The position numbers and the translations under genes are program-made. Below are positions 26,134 to 38,975 of a stretch of 64,000 nucleotides of DNA, piece by piece (within the stretch, counting starts at the first letter, position 1; the number at the start of each line of letters is the position of its first letter). The stretch comes from Mobula hypostoma (lineage: Eukaryota). The stretch is from positions 48,980,001 through 49,044,000 of the forward strand of contig NC_086114.1 of the NCBI RefSeq assembly GCF_963921235.1, in the 5' to 3' direction. The notes under the pieces are model-generated. The model had not been told where the DNA came from and did no database searches. It was given only the letters and a program-made list of their open reading frames with translations.

Positions 26134-26643
26134 AACACAGTAGCCACTTTATTAGGTGTGGGAGTAGAACCCAGCATGGCCCTCGGCTGCTGTAGCCTAC
26201 CCACTTTAAATTTCAACGTGTTGCGCATTCAGAGATGTTTTTCTGCACGCCACGTAGTTATTTGAGTTACAGTCACCTCCTTTCAGCTTCAACCAGTCTG
26301 GCCATTCTCTTCTGACCTCTCTCATTAACTGGCATTTTTCACCCACAGAACTGCCATTCACTAGGTGCTTTTTTTTTCCCTTTTCACACTATTCTCTGCA
26401 AACTCTAGAGACTGTTGTGCATGTGAACCCCAGGAGATCAGCAGTACCTGAGACATCCAAACCAGCTCATCTGGCACTAACAATCAAAGTCACTTAGCTC
26501 GTATTTCTACCCTGCTCTGATGTTTGATGTGAACAGCAACTGAAGCTCTGTGCCCTTTTATGTGTTGAGTTGCTGCCACATGATTAGCTGATGAGATATC
26601 TGTATTAATGAGCAGATATACCTAATAAAATGGCCACTGAATG
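26134..26643 (-). mobile_element. Second copy of the same deleted Tc1-like family
   Basis: cacagtagccactttattagg...cctaataaaatggccactgaatg; collinear with 37056-37597. Confidence 0.75.
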
Positions 26644-26816
26644 TATTTTCTCACTCTTCCAGAACTGAATGTCACTGACCTGAAGCCCTAACCATTTTTC
26701 TCTCCACTCTCCTACTGTGTATCCCCAGCATTTTCTTGACACCCTTGAAAGCCTTGACAGACCCACCCACATAAGATTCTGCCACTGCTCAGTTTCAGCA
26801 AGAAATCTTCACTTAC

Positions 26817-26886
26817 TGGTTGTGAGTATCATCGTTACACAATTTTGTCTACAGTTCAGTAGGAACTGTTTGTCTGATGGTTTCAT
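26817..26886 (-). CDS. Probable last coding exon of CD276 (DETIRQTVPTEL*, stop at 26849-26851, then 32 nt UTR)
   Basis: Acceptor cagattttgcag|AT GAA ACC...; strong donor CA|gtaagt. Phase-1 entry matches the CD276 exons, and the D-E start recalls the short D-D-initiated last coding exon of mammalian CD276. Assignment is inference. Confidence 0.5.
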
Positions 26887-27925
26887 CTGCAAAATCTGAG
26901 CCAATGTAGCCATTCAGCCAACTTGCCTGTATCAGCTCTCGAATTAACTCCACTCCCTATTCATTCACCCAGCTCTGCCAAGCTTTCCATTTAATATATT
27001 GTTATTGAAATGCATTGAATATGTTTATACAACCTCTTTAGGAAGTCCCTCCTACAACATTACAACTCTTCTATAAAGAAAACCTCAGATTCTTTCACCA
27101 ATCACCTCAGTATGATTCTTTTAGTTACTGACCTGCTAGCAGTGACTAAAAGCAGTTTACGTACCTTACACACTGCAAGGTGATAATTTTAGTTCCCCTG
27201 CAGAACATGTGAAATAGAAGCAGGAATACACCATTCAGTCACTCTACTGAACAGTAAGTTCACAGCTGGTCTTTTCACTCAGCACTGTGTTCCTATACTC
27301 ATCCCTTTGATTTTTTTTTAATATCTAAAAGTCTATCAATCTGTATATCTTCTAATGAAGAAATTTCTTCCCACCCTGGTCCTTAATAGTAAGCCATTTA
27401 GTTTGTGTCTCCAGGTTATGGATCCAAGTCAAGGATGACATCAATTACATATCTATCAAGCCTCCAAAGAATGTGAAACATATTCTAAATTCAATAGAGA
27501 AGTTCTATCCTTTTACAACAAGCCCATCATTCTAGGAATCCATCTGACTAACCTTCATTTCAGTCCATCTATTGCCAGTCTACTCTTCCTTGGTCTGGAG
27601 ACCAGACCCACACACAACATTTGAGGTCCGGTCTCACCCACATCTCTATATGAATGGAGTGGGACACTTAGCAATGTAGCTTTTCCCTTCCTAAGTGCCT
27701 GCTGAACCTGCATGTTCACGTTTAACCTGATCCAACACACACAAAACAGTGGTAATTAGCCAAAACTAAACACTGACTTCAGCCAAACAGCTTTCTTGAA
27801 GGTTAATACTTAAAACACTAATCAATCTCTCACTATTACTTTTTACTCCCAGATTTGCAAGGTAGTTCCATTTCTTGTTGTGCTTATTGTGTATTTTATG
27901 CCGCACAAGATCCAGAGTAACAATC

Positions 27926-28401
27926 TGCCACTACCTTGGGTCATCGTTAGAGTTTTCTGAGGCTTCTGAGTTTTTTGATGCTGTGTTTTTTTGTATTCTT
28001 TGCATTTTATTGTAATTTTCTGTATTGTTGCATTTCGGGTTTTTATGTGTTTTTGTTAGGTCTTCTCTAGTTTACATTGAAGTTATAATTGTCCTCGATT
28101 ACTTCCAAATAATTCCCCGAGACTTCACAGAGCGCCAATTAAATACCCTTGGACTTAAGTCATTTATTAGAATAGTTAATTGTAAGCTTGTAATTAGCTT
28201 GGAGTTTTATTAAGTGGGCACTTTCGTGCCCTGGAGTGTATTTAAAGTGGTTCAGTTGTCCTGATTCTGGCTGAGTTATCCAAGACCTTGTAAGTTGTAC
28301 TATTTTGTTTTGTCTCTTTTGTAAATAAAACTCTTCGTTTTGTTTAATCCTCCCAAGTCTCTGTGTGATCCTGCACTTGGGTCCAAGAATACAGCGTGAC
28401 A
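27926..28401 (+). mobile_element. Older solo LTR (476 bp)
   Basis: TGCCA...TGACA; AATAAA; 3' ctgcacttgggtcc motif; decayed TSD caatc/cagcc; the flanking LINE tail rejoins across it. Confidence 0.65.
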
Positions 28402-29358
28402 CAGCCACTTCATTTTCCTTTACTCTTGTGTACTGACAAATGACTCCAAACTATCTTGAATCTGGAATCATGAATCTACGTGCTATTGCTGCAACAAATG
28501 TAGTTTATTCCATTACACTGACCGTAGGTGTGCATCTCTTTCACATCTTCATTAAAGGCAAACCATATGCCCAAAATTTCGAAACATATGGCGATGCTGA
28601 GAGTTCCTTACACAGCAGAGATAAATGCTTCCAATTTATGGAATAAGCTGCCAGCAAGAGTGGTTAAGGCACATATATTAATAATATTTAAAACAAACTT
28701 GGACAGGTACAAGGATTTGAAAGGTTTCGAGGGACAGAGGCCAAATGTGGGCAAATGGGACTAGCTTATTAAATGAATCCTGCCCAGCTTTGCCCCGGTT
28801 GGATGGTAGGCCTTGTTTCTGTGCTGTACGATTCTACATGTTTTTTAAGAAAGTAATCAGTAATTGGGGAGGTTTTGTTGAAAGATTTTAGGGGCCAATC
28901 TACTAATGGATCTACTGGAAGTGTGCTGTAACTGGGTTGATGTCTGAGGGGAGATTATGGCTTTGCCCTCTGCTCAGTAGAGTTCTAGCTGCTGCTGAGG
29001 TCTTTACAGGTCAGGGACAGCAACTTGTCTCTCATGCTGGATATCTGCCCAGGTGCAGGGAAGCCAATTCAAGCATGGCAGCCAATTGAAATCAAAGGGG
29101 GATGAGATACAAATGAAAGAAGAAGATTCAAAATAAAATTTATTATCAAAGGATGTATAAATAATACAGCCTTGAGATTTGTTTGCTCACAGGTAGCCAC
29201 AAAGCTAAGAAACCTGAAAGAAACCAATTAAAGAAAAAAAAAGTAAAAATAAAAATAAAAGCCCAACACCCAGTAAGCAAGAAAAAAAAGTACAAATCAT
29301 GCAAACAAGTGAAGCAAATAACAGCGTTCTGAACCAAAATTGAGTCCTCAGATCCAAA

Positions 29359-29889
29359 TAGGGTTGCCAACTTTCTCACTCCCAAATAAGGGACAAAAGT
29401 AGCAGTCAAATACGGGACACGTGTTTACCCCGAGAAAGACTACCATGACCATGAAGCCTTGTGCGGGCACCTGTGTGCGCATGCGTGACGTGTGCATGCA
29501 TGTACATACCGATTTCTTTCCCACAAATCGGCTTTGCCTTCATCTTCCCGACTATACATTACATACATTATTTCTACTTTATATAGGCTGTGTATTTATC
29601 ATATCATTCCTGCTTTTACTATATGTTAGTGTTATTTTAGGTTTTATGGTATGTTATTGGTATGATTTGGTAGGTTATCTTTTGGGTCTGGGAACGCTCA
29701 AAAATTTTTCCCATATAAATTAATGGCAATTGTTTCTGCGCTTTATGCCATTTCGGCTTACGAACAGTTTCATAGGAACACTCTAACTTAGTGGGGGAAA
29801 TACGGAACAAGGGCGGTCCCGTATGGGACAAACCAATTTAGCCCGATATACGGGATGTCCTGGCTAATACGGGACAGCTGGCAACCCTA
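29359..29889. mobile_element. hAT MITE, 531 bp
   Basis: TIRs TAGGGTTGCCAAC / GCTGGCAACCCTA; 8-bp TSD GATCCAAA/GATCCGAA. Confidence 0.9.
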
Positions 29890-30418
29890 GATCCGAACCC
29901 CAGAGCAGCCTCACTTATCAGTCCATCATATTAGTGGGCATGGAGCACAACAGCCGGGGCAGACTTCATAGCCTCAGCTCCATGGAGAGAGGAGTGAGCA
30001 TTGCACAGAACAAGCGAAATCGGCTCCTGCCTCGGATCCCAACACCCCATCTCTGCACTCTATCTGGGCCAGTGTTTAAATTGACCAAATAATGGAACAG
30101 CATAAAACTTGAGGTACAGAGTTATAAAGAGGGGTTGAGAAGCCAGGACTTAGTTTATTGAAGTGTAGGAGAATGACGGCGAACTTACAGAAGTGTCTAA
30201 AGTCATGAGGGCCACAGACAGGGTGAATGCACACTATCTTTTCCCAGAATTAAGAACCAGGCAACATTGGTTTAAAGTGAATGGGGAGATTTAAAGGGAA
30301 TGTAAGGAGTAATTTTTTGCACACAGAGAGTGATTAGTGTACTGAATGGGCTGCCAGAGGAAGTTGTTGATGCAGGTACATCAACAACATTTAAAAGGCA
30401 CTTAGACAGCTGCATAGA

Positions 30419-32620
30419 TCAAGTAAAGTCAAGTCAAGTCACTTTTAATGTAATTTCGACCATAACTGCTGGTACAGTACACAATAAAAATGAGACAACG
30501 TTTTTCAGGACCATGGTGCTACATGAACAATACAAAAACTACACTGAACTACGTAAAAAAACAACACGAAACTACACTAGACTACAGACCTACCCAGGAC
30601 TGCACAAAACAGTGCAGGCATTACAATAAATAATGAACAAGACAATAGGCACAGTAGAGGGCAGTAGGTTGGTGTCAGTCCAGGCTCTGGGTATTGAGGA
30701 GTCTGATGGCTTGGGGGAAGAAACTGTTACATAGTCTGGTCATGAGAGCCCAAATGCTTCGGTGCCTTTTGCCAGATGGCAGGAGGGAGAAGAGTTTATA
30801 TGAGGGGTGCCTGGGGTCCTTCATAATGCTGTTTGCTTTGTGGATGCAGCGTGTGGTGTAAATGTCTGTAATGGCAGGAAGAGAGACCCCAATGATCTTC
30901 TCAGCTGACCTCACTATCCACTGCAGGGTCTTGCGATCTGAGATGGTGCAATTTCCGAACCAGGCAGTGATGCAGCTGCTCAGGATGCTCTCAATACAAC
31001 CTCTGTAGAATGTGGTGAGGATGGTGGGTGGGAAATGGACTTTTCTCAGTCTTCGCAGAAAGTAGAGACGCTGCTGGGCTTTCTTGGCTATGGAGCTGGT
31101 GTTGAGGGACCAGCTGAGATGCTCCGCCAGGTGAAATCCAAGAAATTTGGTGCTCTTAACGATCTCTATGGAGGAGTCGTTGATGTTCAGCAGAGAGTGG
31201 TTGCTCTGTGTCCTCCTGAAGTCAACAACCATCTCTTTTGTTTTGTTCACATTCAGAGACAGGTTGTTGGCTCTGCACCAGTCCATTAGCCGCTGCACCT
31301 CCTCTCTGTATGCTGACTCATCATTCTTGCTGATGAGACCCACCACGGTCGTGTCATCAGCGAATCTGATGATGTGGTTTGAGCTGTGTGTTGCAGCACA
31401 GTCGTGGGTCAGCAGAGTGAAGAGCAGTGGACTGAGCACACAGCCCCGGGGCATGATGGTGTTGGAGATGCTGCTTCCAATCCGGACTGACTGAGGTCTC
31501 CCAGTCAGGAAGTCTAAGATCTAGTTGCAGAGGGAGGTGTACAGGCCCAGTAGGCTCAGCTTTCCAATCAGTTTCTGAGGAATGATTGTGTTGAATGCTG
31601 AACTGAAGTCTATGAACAGCATTTGAACATACGTGTCTTTTTTGTCCAGGTGGGTTAGGGCCAGGTGGAGGGTGATGGCAATGGCGTCGTCTGTTGAACA
31701 GTTGGGATGGTACACGAACTGCAGGCATCATGGCGAGCCTCTCGAAACACTTCATGATGATGGATATGAGCGCAACGGGACGGTAGTCATTGAGGCAGGA
31801 TACTGAAGACTTCTTTGGCACTGGAACGATGGTGGCGGCCTTGAAGCACGTAGGAACGATGGCACTGCTCAGGGAGATGTTGAAGATGTCAATGAGAATC
31901 TCAGCTAGCTGGTCTGCACATCTTCTAAGCACTCTGCCAGGAATATTGTCTGGTCCAGCAGCCTTCCGTGGGTTGACCCTGCGCAGGGTTCTCCTCACAT
32001 CGGCCACGGTAAGACACAGCACCTGGTCATTTGGAGGAGGGGTGGTCTTCCTCGCCGCCACGTCATTTTCCACCTCAAAACGAGCGTAGAAGTTATTCAA
32101 CGCATCTGGGAGGGAGGCATCACCAGTACAGGCAGGTGGTGGTATCTTGTAATTGGTGATGTCCTGAATGCCCTTCCACATGCGCTGCGTGTCTCCGCTG
32201 TCCTGGAAGTGGCTGTGGATTCGCTGGGCGTGTGCACGCTTTGCCTCTCTGATGGCCCGGGACAGTTTGGCCCTCACTGTTTTTAGGGCTGCCTTGTCAC
32301 GTGCTCTGAAGGCGGAGTCTCAGGTCCTCAGCAGTGCACACACCTCCGCAGTCATCCATGGCTTCTGGTTTGCGCGTATAGTGATGGTCTTTGCCACAGT
32401 GACTTCATCGATGCACTTGCTAATGTAGCTAGTCACTGATGCCATGTACTCCTCTAAGTTGGTAGAGTCGCCATCGGTTGCAGCCTCCCTGAACATGTGC
32501 CAGTCAGTGTGCTCAAAGCAGTCTTGAAGAGCAGAGATGGCTACTGCTGGCCAGGTTTTCACCTGCTTCTGAACTGGTCTGGAGCGCCTGATGAGCGGTC
32601 TATATGCTGGGATTAGCATG
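30419..32620 (-). mobile_element. Relatively young 5'-truncated Rex1/Babar-type LINE with internal deletions
   Basis: ORF pieces [59 protein letters not shown]; (CTTGA)n tail at 30419-30440. Confidence 0.85.
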
Positions 32621-33649
32621 ATGGGAAAAGCTCAGAGCGATATGGGTCAAATGTGGGACATGGACTAGCTCAGCTGGGAATCTTGGTTGCCATGGACCAC
32701 AGAGGTGAAGAGCCTGTTTCAGCACTGTACAGTCTATGAAATCTTAGATTGCATTAGAGATTGTGTGTGTATGTGTTTACATGTTTATTTTAGCATTTTA
32801 ATCATGGACGTATATCAACTTTGCATACAGTTTTACATTTTTATCATTATAAACCTCCAAGGCCGTACGCAAGTTTGCTGATGCAACCACTATTATTGGG
32901 CGAATCTTGGGTGGTGAAGTATCAGCATAAGGGAGCAAAATAGGACACATGGATGAGTGGTGCCTCAACAACATAGTCATAGTCATAATTTACTAATCCC
33001 GGGGGAAACAACAACCTCTCACTGAACACCAGCAAAGCTGCAGAACCGATGGTTGACTTAGGAAGGGAAAATAGCCAAATGAACTAGAGGTGGAGATGCT
33101 GAACAGCTTTAAGCTCCTGGACACTAACACCTGTCCTTGTCCTTGTCCAGTACATAAATACAATCACGCAGAAAGCGCACCAGCGGGTTTACATTCTTAG
33201 AAAACTTAGAAGGTTCAATGAATACAGTCAAACTTCTGCATATGTACTGCCGAAAATATCCCGGCTGGTGACCTCCTGGTCTGGGATGGCGATTCAAATG
33301 CACAAAAACCTAAGAAGCTGCAGGTGGTAGTGGGCTCCATCCAATACATCACAGGCACGTTCCTCCCCCACTCTTGTAGAATCTACGAGGTATTGCTTCA
33401 AGAAGGCAACACCTATCATCAAAGATCCCGACCATCCAAACGCTGCTGTCTTCACACAGGCAGGAGGTATTGAAGCCTGAAGTCCCAATCACCAGGTTCA
33501 ACAGCAATTACTTCCCTTCAACCATTCAGATCTTGAACCAGCTTTCACATCCCTAATCACTACCTCAGTACACCAACATAATGACCACTTTAAATACAAT
33601 TGGACTTCTTTTTTCTTCTAATTGTGCCCTTTCTTGTATAATTTGTTGA

Positions 33650-34195
33650 TCCCCTCCACTCCATCCACCAAAAGCGAAACTTCCCCGTGGCCAAACATTT
33701 TAATTCCAATTCCGATTCCCATTTCCATTCCGATATGTGCCATGATGAGCCCACACTCAGGGTAGAGGAGCACCACCTTATTTTCCATCTGGATAACCTC
33801 CAACCTGAATGGCATGAAAATCAAGTTCTCCTTCCAGTAAAAAAAAATTCCCTCACCCTCCCCTCTTCTTCTATTTCCTTCTCTGGCCTCTGACCTCCTC
33901 AGCTACCTATCACCTCCCCCTGCATACCCTCCTCCTTCCCGTTCTCCTATAGTCCACTCTCCTCTCCTTTCAGATTCCTTCCTCTCCAGCTCTTTACCTT
34001 TCCTACCCACCTGGTTTCACATATCACCTTCCAGTTGTCCACCTTCCCCTCCCCCACCATTTTATTCTGGCATCTTCCCCCTTCCTTTCCAGTCCTGAAG
34101 AAGGAACTCAGCTGAGACACTGTCTGCTTATTCATTTCCATAGATGCTACCTGACCTGCGCTGAGTTCCACCAGCATTCTGTGTGTGTGTTGCCC
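33650..34195 (+). mobile_element. Penelope-like 3' fragment with GIY-YIG C-terminus
   Basis: ORF 33687-33893 AKHFNS..HFHSDM...LRVEEHHLIFHLDNLQPE resembles the PLE endonuclease C-terminus, followed by the tail. Confidence 0.7.
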
Positions 34196-34522
34196 TGTAT
34201 AATTAATGTTTTAATGTATGACTTCCTTGGGAATGTTGCATTAGTGATGCTCTGTGCTGAGATGAAGCTGCAAGTAGGTTTTTCATTCCAACTGCTGAAA
34301 CATGTACAGTAGTTGTGTACATGACAATAGACTGAATATCGACTATTTTGGCATTCCATAAGTGTAGATGCTCTGAATTACTCTGATAATCTGGAAGCCA
34401 AGCCACTCTAGAATGAAAAATATGGGCCAGCAATCTCAGGCACCGGACCTGGCAACACACTTGTAAGGTGTTTTCCCCTCCAATGAACAGCAGACTTCAA
34501 ATTGCTGAGACGTAGGACTGAC

Positions 34523-34819
34523 CTGTAATAGTAGCCGAAGTCAATGACTCCTCGTTCAGCAGCTCATTCCTCACCATGCAACTATACGTGCTGTTTGGCT
34601 CCAGTATCACCCGGATCACACTGTGCACTTCAAACAGGCCCTCCTCATTGGCCACCTGCGACGTCGTGATGTTCTCAGTGATGTTGCTCCCTTTCCCATC
34701 GAGCCACTGGACCGTTGCCGGCGGGTATCCCCCTGAGGAATGGCAAGCGATGGCCACCTCATCACCAGGCTTCAGATCTTTGCGGGGCTCCAGTTGAAGG
34801 TTGGGCTTGGAGTAAGAGG
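34523..34819 (-). CDS. CD276: CD276/B7-H3 IgC-domain exon (297 bp, phase 1-1)
   Basis: Acceptor ttcattatttcag|CC TCT TAC TCC AAG; donor ATT ACA G|gtcagt. Translation ASYSKPNLQLEPRKDLKPGDEVAIACHSSGGYPPATVQWLDGKG...TTSQVANEEGLFEVHSVIRVILEPNSTYSCMVRNELL...SATIT matches the B7-H3 IgC pattern (YSKP, DLxPGD, GYP, QxANExGLF). It is in phase with the IgV exon. Confidence 0.93.
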
Positions 34820-35459
34820 CTGAAATAATGAAAGAGTTAGGAGTATCAGCAGCGTGAAAACTGTGCATCTGTAATTTGCTTTCTGAGAATCATAAACAGG
34901 CCCTTCAGTGTCTACACCAACCATCAACCACCCAATTACAATAATCCTACATCAGGAACACAGAGTACAGCACAGGAACAGACCCCTTGGCCCACAATAT
35001 TGGGCAAACTAATTAAGCTATTGACACCTACTCCTTTTTGTCTATACATGGTCCATATGCCTCCATTCTCCACACATATCTCTTAAGCACCTCTATCATA
35101 TCTTTCTCCATTACCAACACTGGTGGTGCATTCCAGGCACCTACCACTCTCCTTTGAAGAACTGATCTGAGCATCCCCTTTGGATTTACCCTCTCACACC
35201 TTACAAGTATCCCCTCTAGTATTAGATATTTTGTCCCTGGGACATGTGCAGGACATTTCTCACTGGCAGACTTAATATGAAATGAAGCATCCTCAATATT
35301 ATCAGGCCCTCACCAAATGGCGGATTGGAGCAGTGTTTAACAAGTTTCTCAAAACAAAGTGTGCCCACAACAGTGGATCCAACTTGAGCTTTATGCACCA
35401 TATTCCCCCTTGGCTTGCTGTGCTTTCACTCATGGTGAAAACATGTACCACATCACAAA

Positions 35460-36610
35460 CACAAGGCGTTCTGCAAATCACGGAAATCCTGAGCTACACC
35501 AAACATGCTGGAGGAAGTCAGCAAGTCAGGTGGCATCGATGGAGGGGAATAAGCAGTTGATGTTTTGGGCTGGAACCCTTCATCAGGTCTAGAATGGAAG
35601 GGGGCAGAAGCCAGAATAAAAAGGTGAGGGGAGTGGGAGGTTAGCACAATGCCATTACAGCGCAGGGCATTTCAGAATTCAGAGTTCAATACCAGCACTG
35701 TCTGCAAGGAGATGGTGGGTTCTCCACATGAACCGCTGGTTTCCTACCACAGTTCAAAGTCATATGGTTAGTAGGTCAACTGGTCACTGTAAATTGTCCT
35801 GTGATTAGACTAGTGTTGAGCAGGTGGACTGCTGAGCAGGGTGGCTTGTTGGGCTGGAAGGGCTTGTGCCCTGCTGTATTTCTAAATAAATAAAATACAA
35901 ACTGGCAAGGAACTGGTGAGGCCAGGTGAGGGGGAAGGGGGATGTGTGGGGGAGGGGAAGGAGAAATTAGTGAGACCAGGTGAGGGGGAAGGGGGATGTG
36001 TAGGAGAGGGTAGAGAGGAATCGGTGAGACCAGTTGAGGGAGAAGGGGGATGTGTGGGGGAGGGTAGAGAGGAATCACTGAGACCAGTGAGGAGGAAGGG
36101 GGATGTGTGGGAGAGGGGAAGGGGAAATTGGTGAGACCAGGTGAGGGGGAAGGGGGTGTGCGAGGGAGGGGAAGAGGGGAATAGGTGAGACCAGGTGAGG
36201 AGGAAGGGTGGAGTCAGGGGGTCACATTGGGGAAAGGGGATGTGTGAGGGAGGGATGCTGAAGTAAGAAGCTGGGACAGGATTGGTGAAAGAGGTAAAGG
36301 AGTGAAGAAGAAGGAATCTAATAGGAGCAGACAATGGTCCATGGAGAAGGGAACCAGAGGAAGGTGATGGCATGTTAGGAGAAGAGAAGGGGGGGCGAGG
36401 GTAACCAGAATGGGGAATGGAGAAAGAGGAGGGAGGGGGGAGAAATTACCACAAGTTGGAGAAATTGATACTTATGCCACCCAGGTTGGAGACTACCCAG
36501 GCGGAACATTAGGGTTGCTCCTCGAACCTGAATTTGGCCTCATTATGTCAACAGAGGAAGCTATGGACAGACATGTCAAAACAGGAATGAGAAGTCAAAT
36601 TGACATGGAA
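35460..36610 (-). mobile_element. Penelope-like 3' fragment (interrupted by a SINE) containing a tandem expansion
   Basis: Tail with CTGATGAAGGG near 35580; body continues to 36610. Confidence 0.6.
35912..36205. repeat. ~54-bp G-rich tandem repeat, about 5.5 copies
   Basis: Unit starts at 35916, 35970, 36024, 36078, 36131 and 36185. Confidence 0.85.
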
Positions 36611-37055
36611 GGGAGAATTTTACTCACAGTGGGTGCTGAACCCTAATAGCTAAAGTTTGTATTATTGTTTTGCACTTATCGCTGTACTTATTGATAACAT
36701 GTACTTGTTTAATCTGGGAACTTCACAGCTAGGAGCTTTATTGCATCCTCGTGCATATGAAGATAAACTAATCTGATCTGATAAAGGACTGGTCCTGGCA
36801 AGAGCACGTGCTGAGCAGGAAACCACTGACGCCTGGTGTAGCCAAAGCAGGGAATCTGTGAGGAAGGACTGCAGTCTAGGATCCTGCCATGACTGGGCAC
36901 TGGGGTGGGGAGGTTGTTGGGTCCTATGTGACAGCCTCTCAAACGCTTAGTGGATGCAATGAAAAGGAAGCACACGTGTATATAGAATGTATTGATTTGA
37001 TGATAAAATTAATCTGTGCACTGATACGCACTGATTGTCTTGCATTTCCTGTGTA

Positions 37056-37597
37056 CACACTCAGTGGCCTCTTAATTTTGTACCTCCAGTACACTTGTGA
37101 TCTTCTGCTGCTGTAGCCCACCCACTTCAAGCTTCGACGTGTTGTGCATTCAGGGATGGTCTTCTGCACACCACTGTTGTAACACGTGGTTATTTGAGTT
37201 ACTGTCGCCTTCCTGTCAGTTTGAAACAGTCTGGCAATTCTCATTTAACCTCACTCATTGACAAGGCACTTTCGTCCACAGAACAGCCGCTCACTGGATT
37301 GTCTTTTTTTAGTTTTTCACACCGTTCTCTGTAAACTCTAGAGACTGCTGCGCGTGAAAATCCCAGGAGACCAGCAGATTCTGAGATACTCAAACTGGCA
37401 TCAACCATCATTCCACGGTCAAGGTAATTTAGATCACATTTCTTCCCCTTTCTGATATTTGGTCTGAACAACAAGTGAACTTCGTGACCATGACTGCGTG
37501 CTTTTATGCATTGAGATGTAGCCACATGATTGGCTGATTCGATATCAGCACTCATGAGCAGGTGTAGAGGTGTGCCTAATAAAGTGGCCACTGAGGG
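37056..37597 (-). mobile_element. Internally deleted Tc1-like transposon
   Basis: TIRs CACTCAGTGGCC.. / CCTAATAAAGTGGCCACTGAG, TA flanks. Minus-strand remnants SISESAGLLGFSRAAVSRVYRE and IARLFQTDRKATVTQIT resemble Tc1 transposase DNA-binding domains. Confidence 0.8.
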
Positions 37598-37721
37598 TAC
37601 TTCAATGATAAAAATATACTCTTGAATTAAAAAGCACGGGCTAGTGATGAAAGCAAGAATAAGAATGGTTGGTTGGGAACTGATCGAGGTCAGTAAATTG
37701 TTCTAATGAACAACAGGGTAC

Positions 37722-38072
37722 CTGCGAGTTGGAGCATGATGGGAGCGCTGTTGTGGTCTTTAATTCGAACAAAGCAGGTGAAGCTGCCTTCATCCTCAAT
37801 CCTCACGTGCCTCAGGAGTAAGGAGGCATTCCCTTTGTCCAGCTCCTCCAGGAAGAGGGCTGTCCTGTTCACAAAGCTGTCTTCCTGGTCGCTCTGCGTG
37901 TTCTGTTGGTGGGAGAAGGTGTGCACCATGGTTCGAGTCTCGGTCAGCTGCCATATGACACTGAGGTCACTGAGGGAAAAGTTGCCCTCTGCTGTGAAAG
38001 AGCAGTTCAGGGTGACATCCTTCCCATATCTGGCAATCACAGGAAATTCGGGAACTTGGATCTCCAAAGCTC
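37722..38072 (-). CDS. CD276: CD276/B7-H3 IgV-domain exon (351 bp, phase 1-1)
   Basis: Acceptor ttcttccag|GA GCT TTG GAG ATC CAA GTT CCC; donor CTC GCA G|gtaccc. Translation (G)ALEIQVPEFPVIARYGKDVTLNCSF...VIWQLTET...NRTALF...GNASLLLRHVRIEDEGSFTCFVRI...IMLQLA has the V-set Cys/Trp/DxGxYxC-like pattern. It closely resembles the B7-H3 IgV as I recall it. Confidence 0.93.
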
Positions 38073-38778
38073 CTGGAAGAAATCAAAGTGAATAAGTATG
38101 AGAAGTCTGCTGACTGTATCTTCAAGTGTGAGTCATAGTGATAAGAATACTGCGCAGGAACATGCCCTTCAGCCCACGATGTTATGCTGAACTCATTAAA
38201 CTAGTTATTAAATACCCAACTAAATTATAACAGGTTTCCGCATGCACAATGTCCATATGCCTCCTGCATATTCATCTGCCTATCTAAGAGCCTCGTAAAC
38301 ACTTGTGTCACATTTGCCTCCACTACCACCCTGACAGCATATTCAGGACACTCATCACCCTCTGTGTAAAGGACTGTGGTCCGCACATCTCCTTTGAACT
38401 TTCCCCCTCTCACCTTAAATGTATGCCCTCGAGCTTTAGATATTTTGACCATGGGATAAAGAGACTTGCTATCTACTCTATATATGCCTCTCTTAATCTT
38501 TTAAACTTCTGTCAGGTCTCACCTCAGCCCATGTTTGTGCAACTCTTCCTCTGGCAAATGCACTCTAATGCTGGCAGCATCCTGCTAAACCTCTTCTGTC
38601 CCCTTGGCACAGCTTCCACACAATGGGGCGATCAGAATTGAATGCAGAACTCCAGAGGCAGCCTGACAGTTTCCCAGTGAGGACAACTTGACTCACCTCA
38701 ACACTGAACTGCTTCCACACATATGGACACATTCTCAAGGAATTTACAACCATGTTCTCAATATTATTCATTTCCTTA

Positions 38779-38975
38779 CAGTACTGTACAAAAGTCTTCA
38801 GCACATATATATTGCTAGGGTACCTAAGACTTTTGCACAGTACTGCATTTGTCAACATGAAGCAGACAGCGAGTTTGTAAATCTGGCAGGAGCAAGGATG
38901 TTGGGAAAGGTAATGGTGGAGCACCACAGCAGGGGTGTGAGACAGGGGGCAGAGAAGGAGTGCCAGGGACGGTAG
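38779..38975 (-). mobile_element. Truncated third copy of the composite
   Basis: Mini-MITE 38779-38845 plus the adjacent body in reverse orientation. Confidence 0.55.

Noticed and set aside
38697-38755. Strong GAG|gtgagt donor with upstream ATG near the IgV exon
   Set aside because: Lies in a dispersed LINE tail also seen at about 25560; wrong phase.
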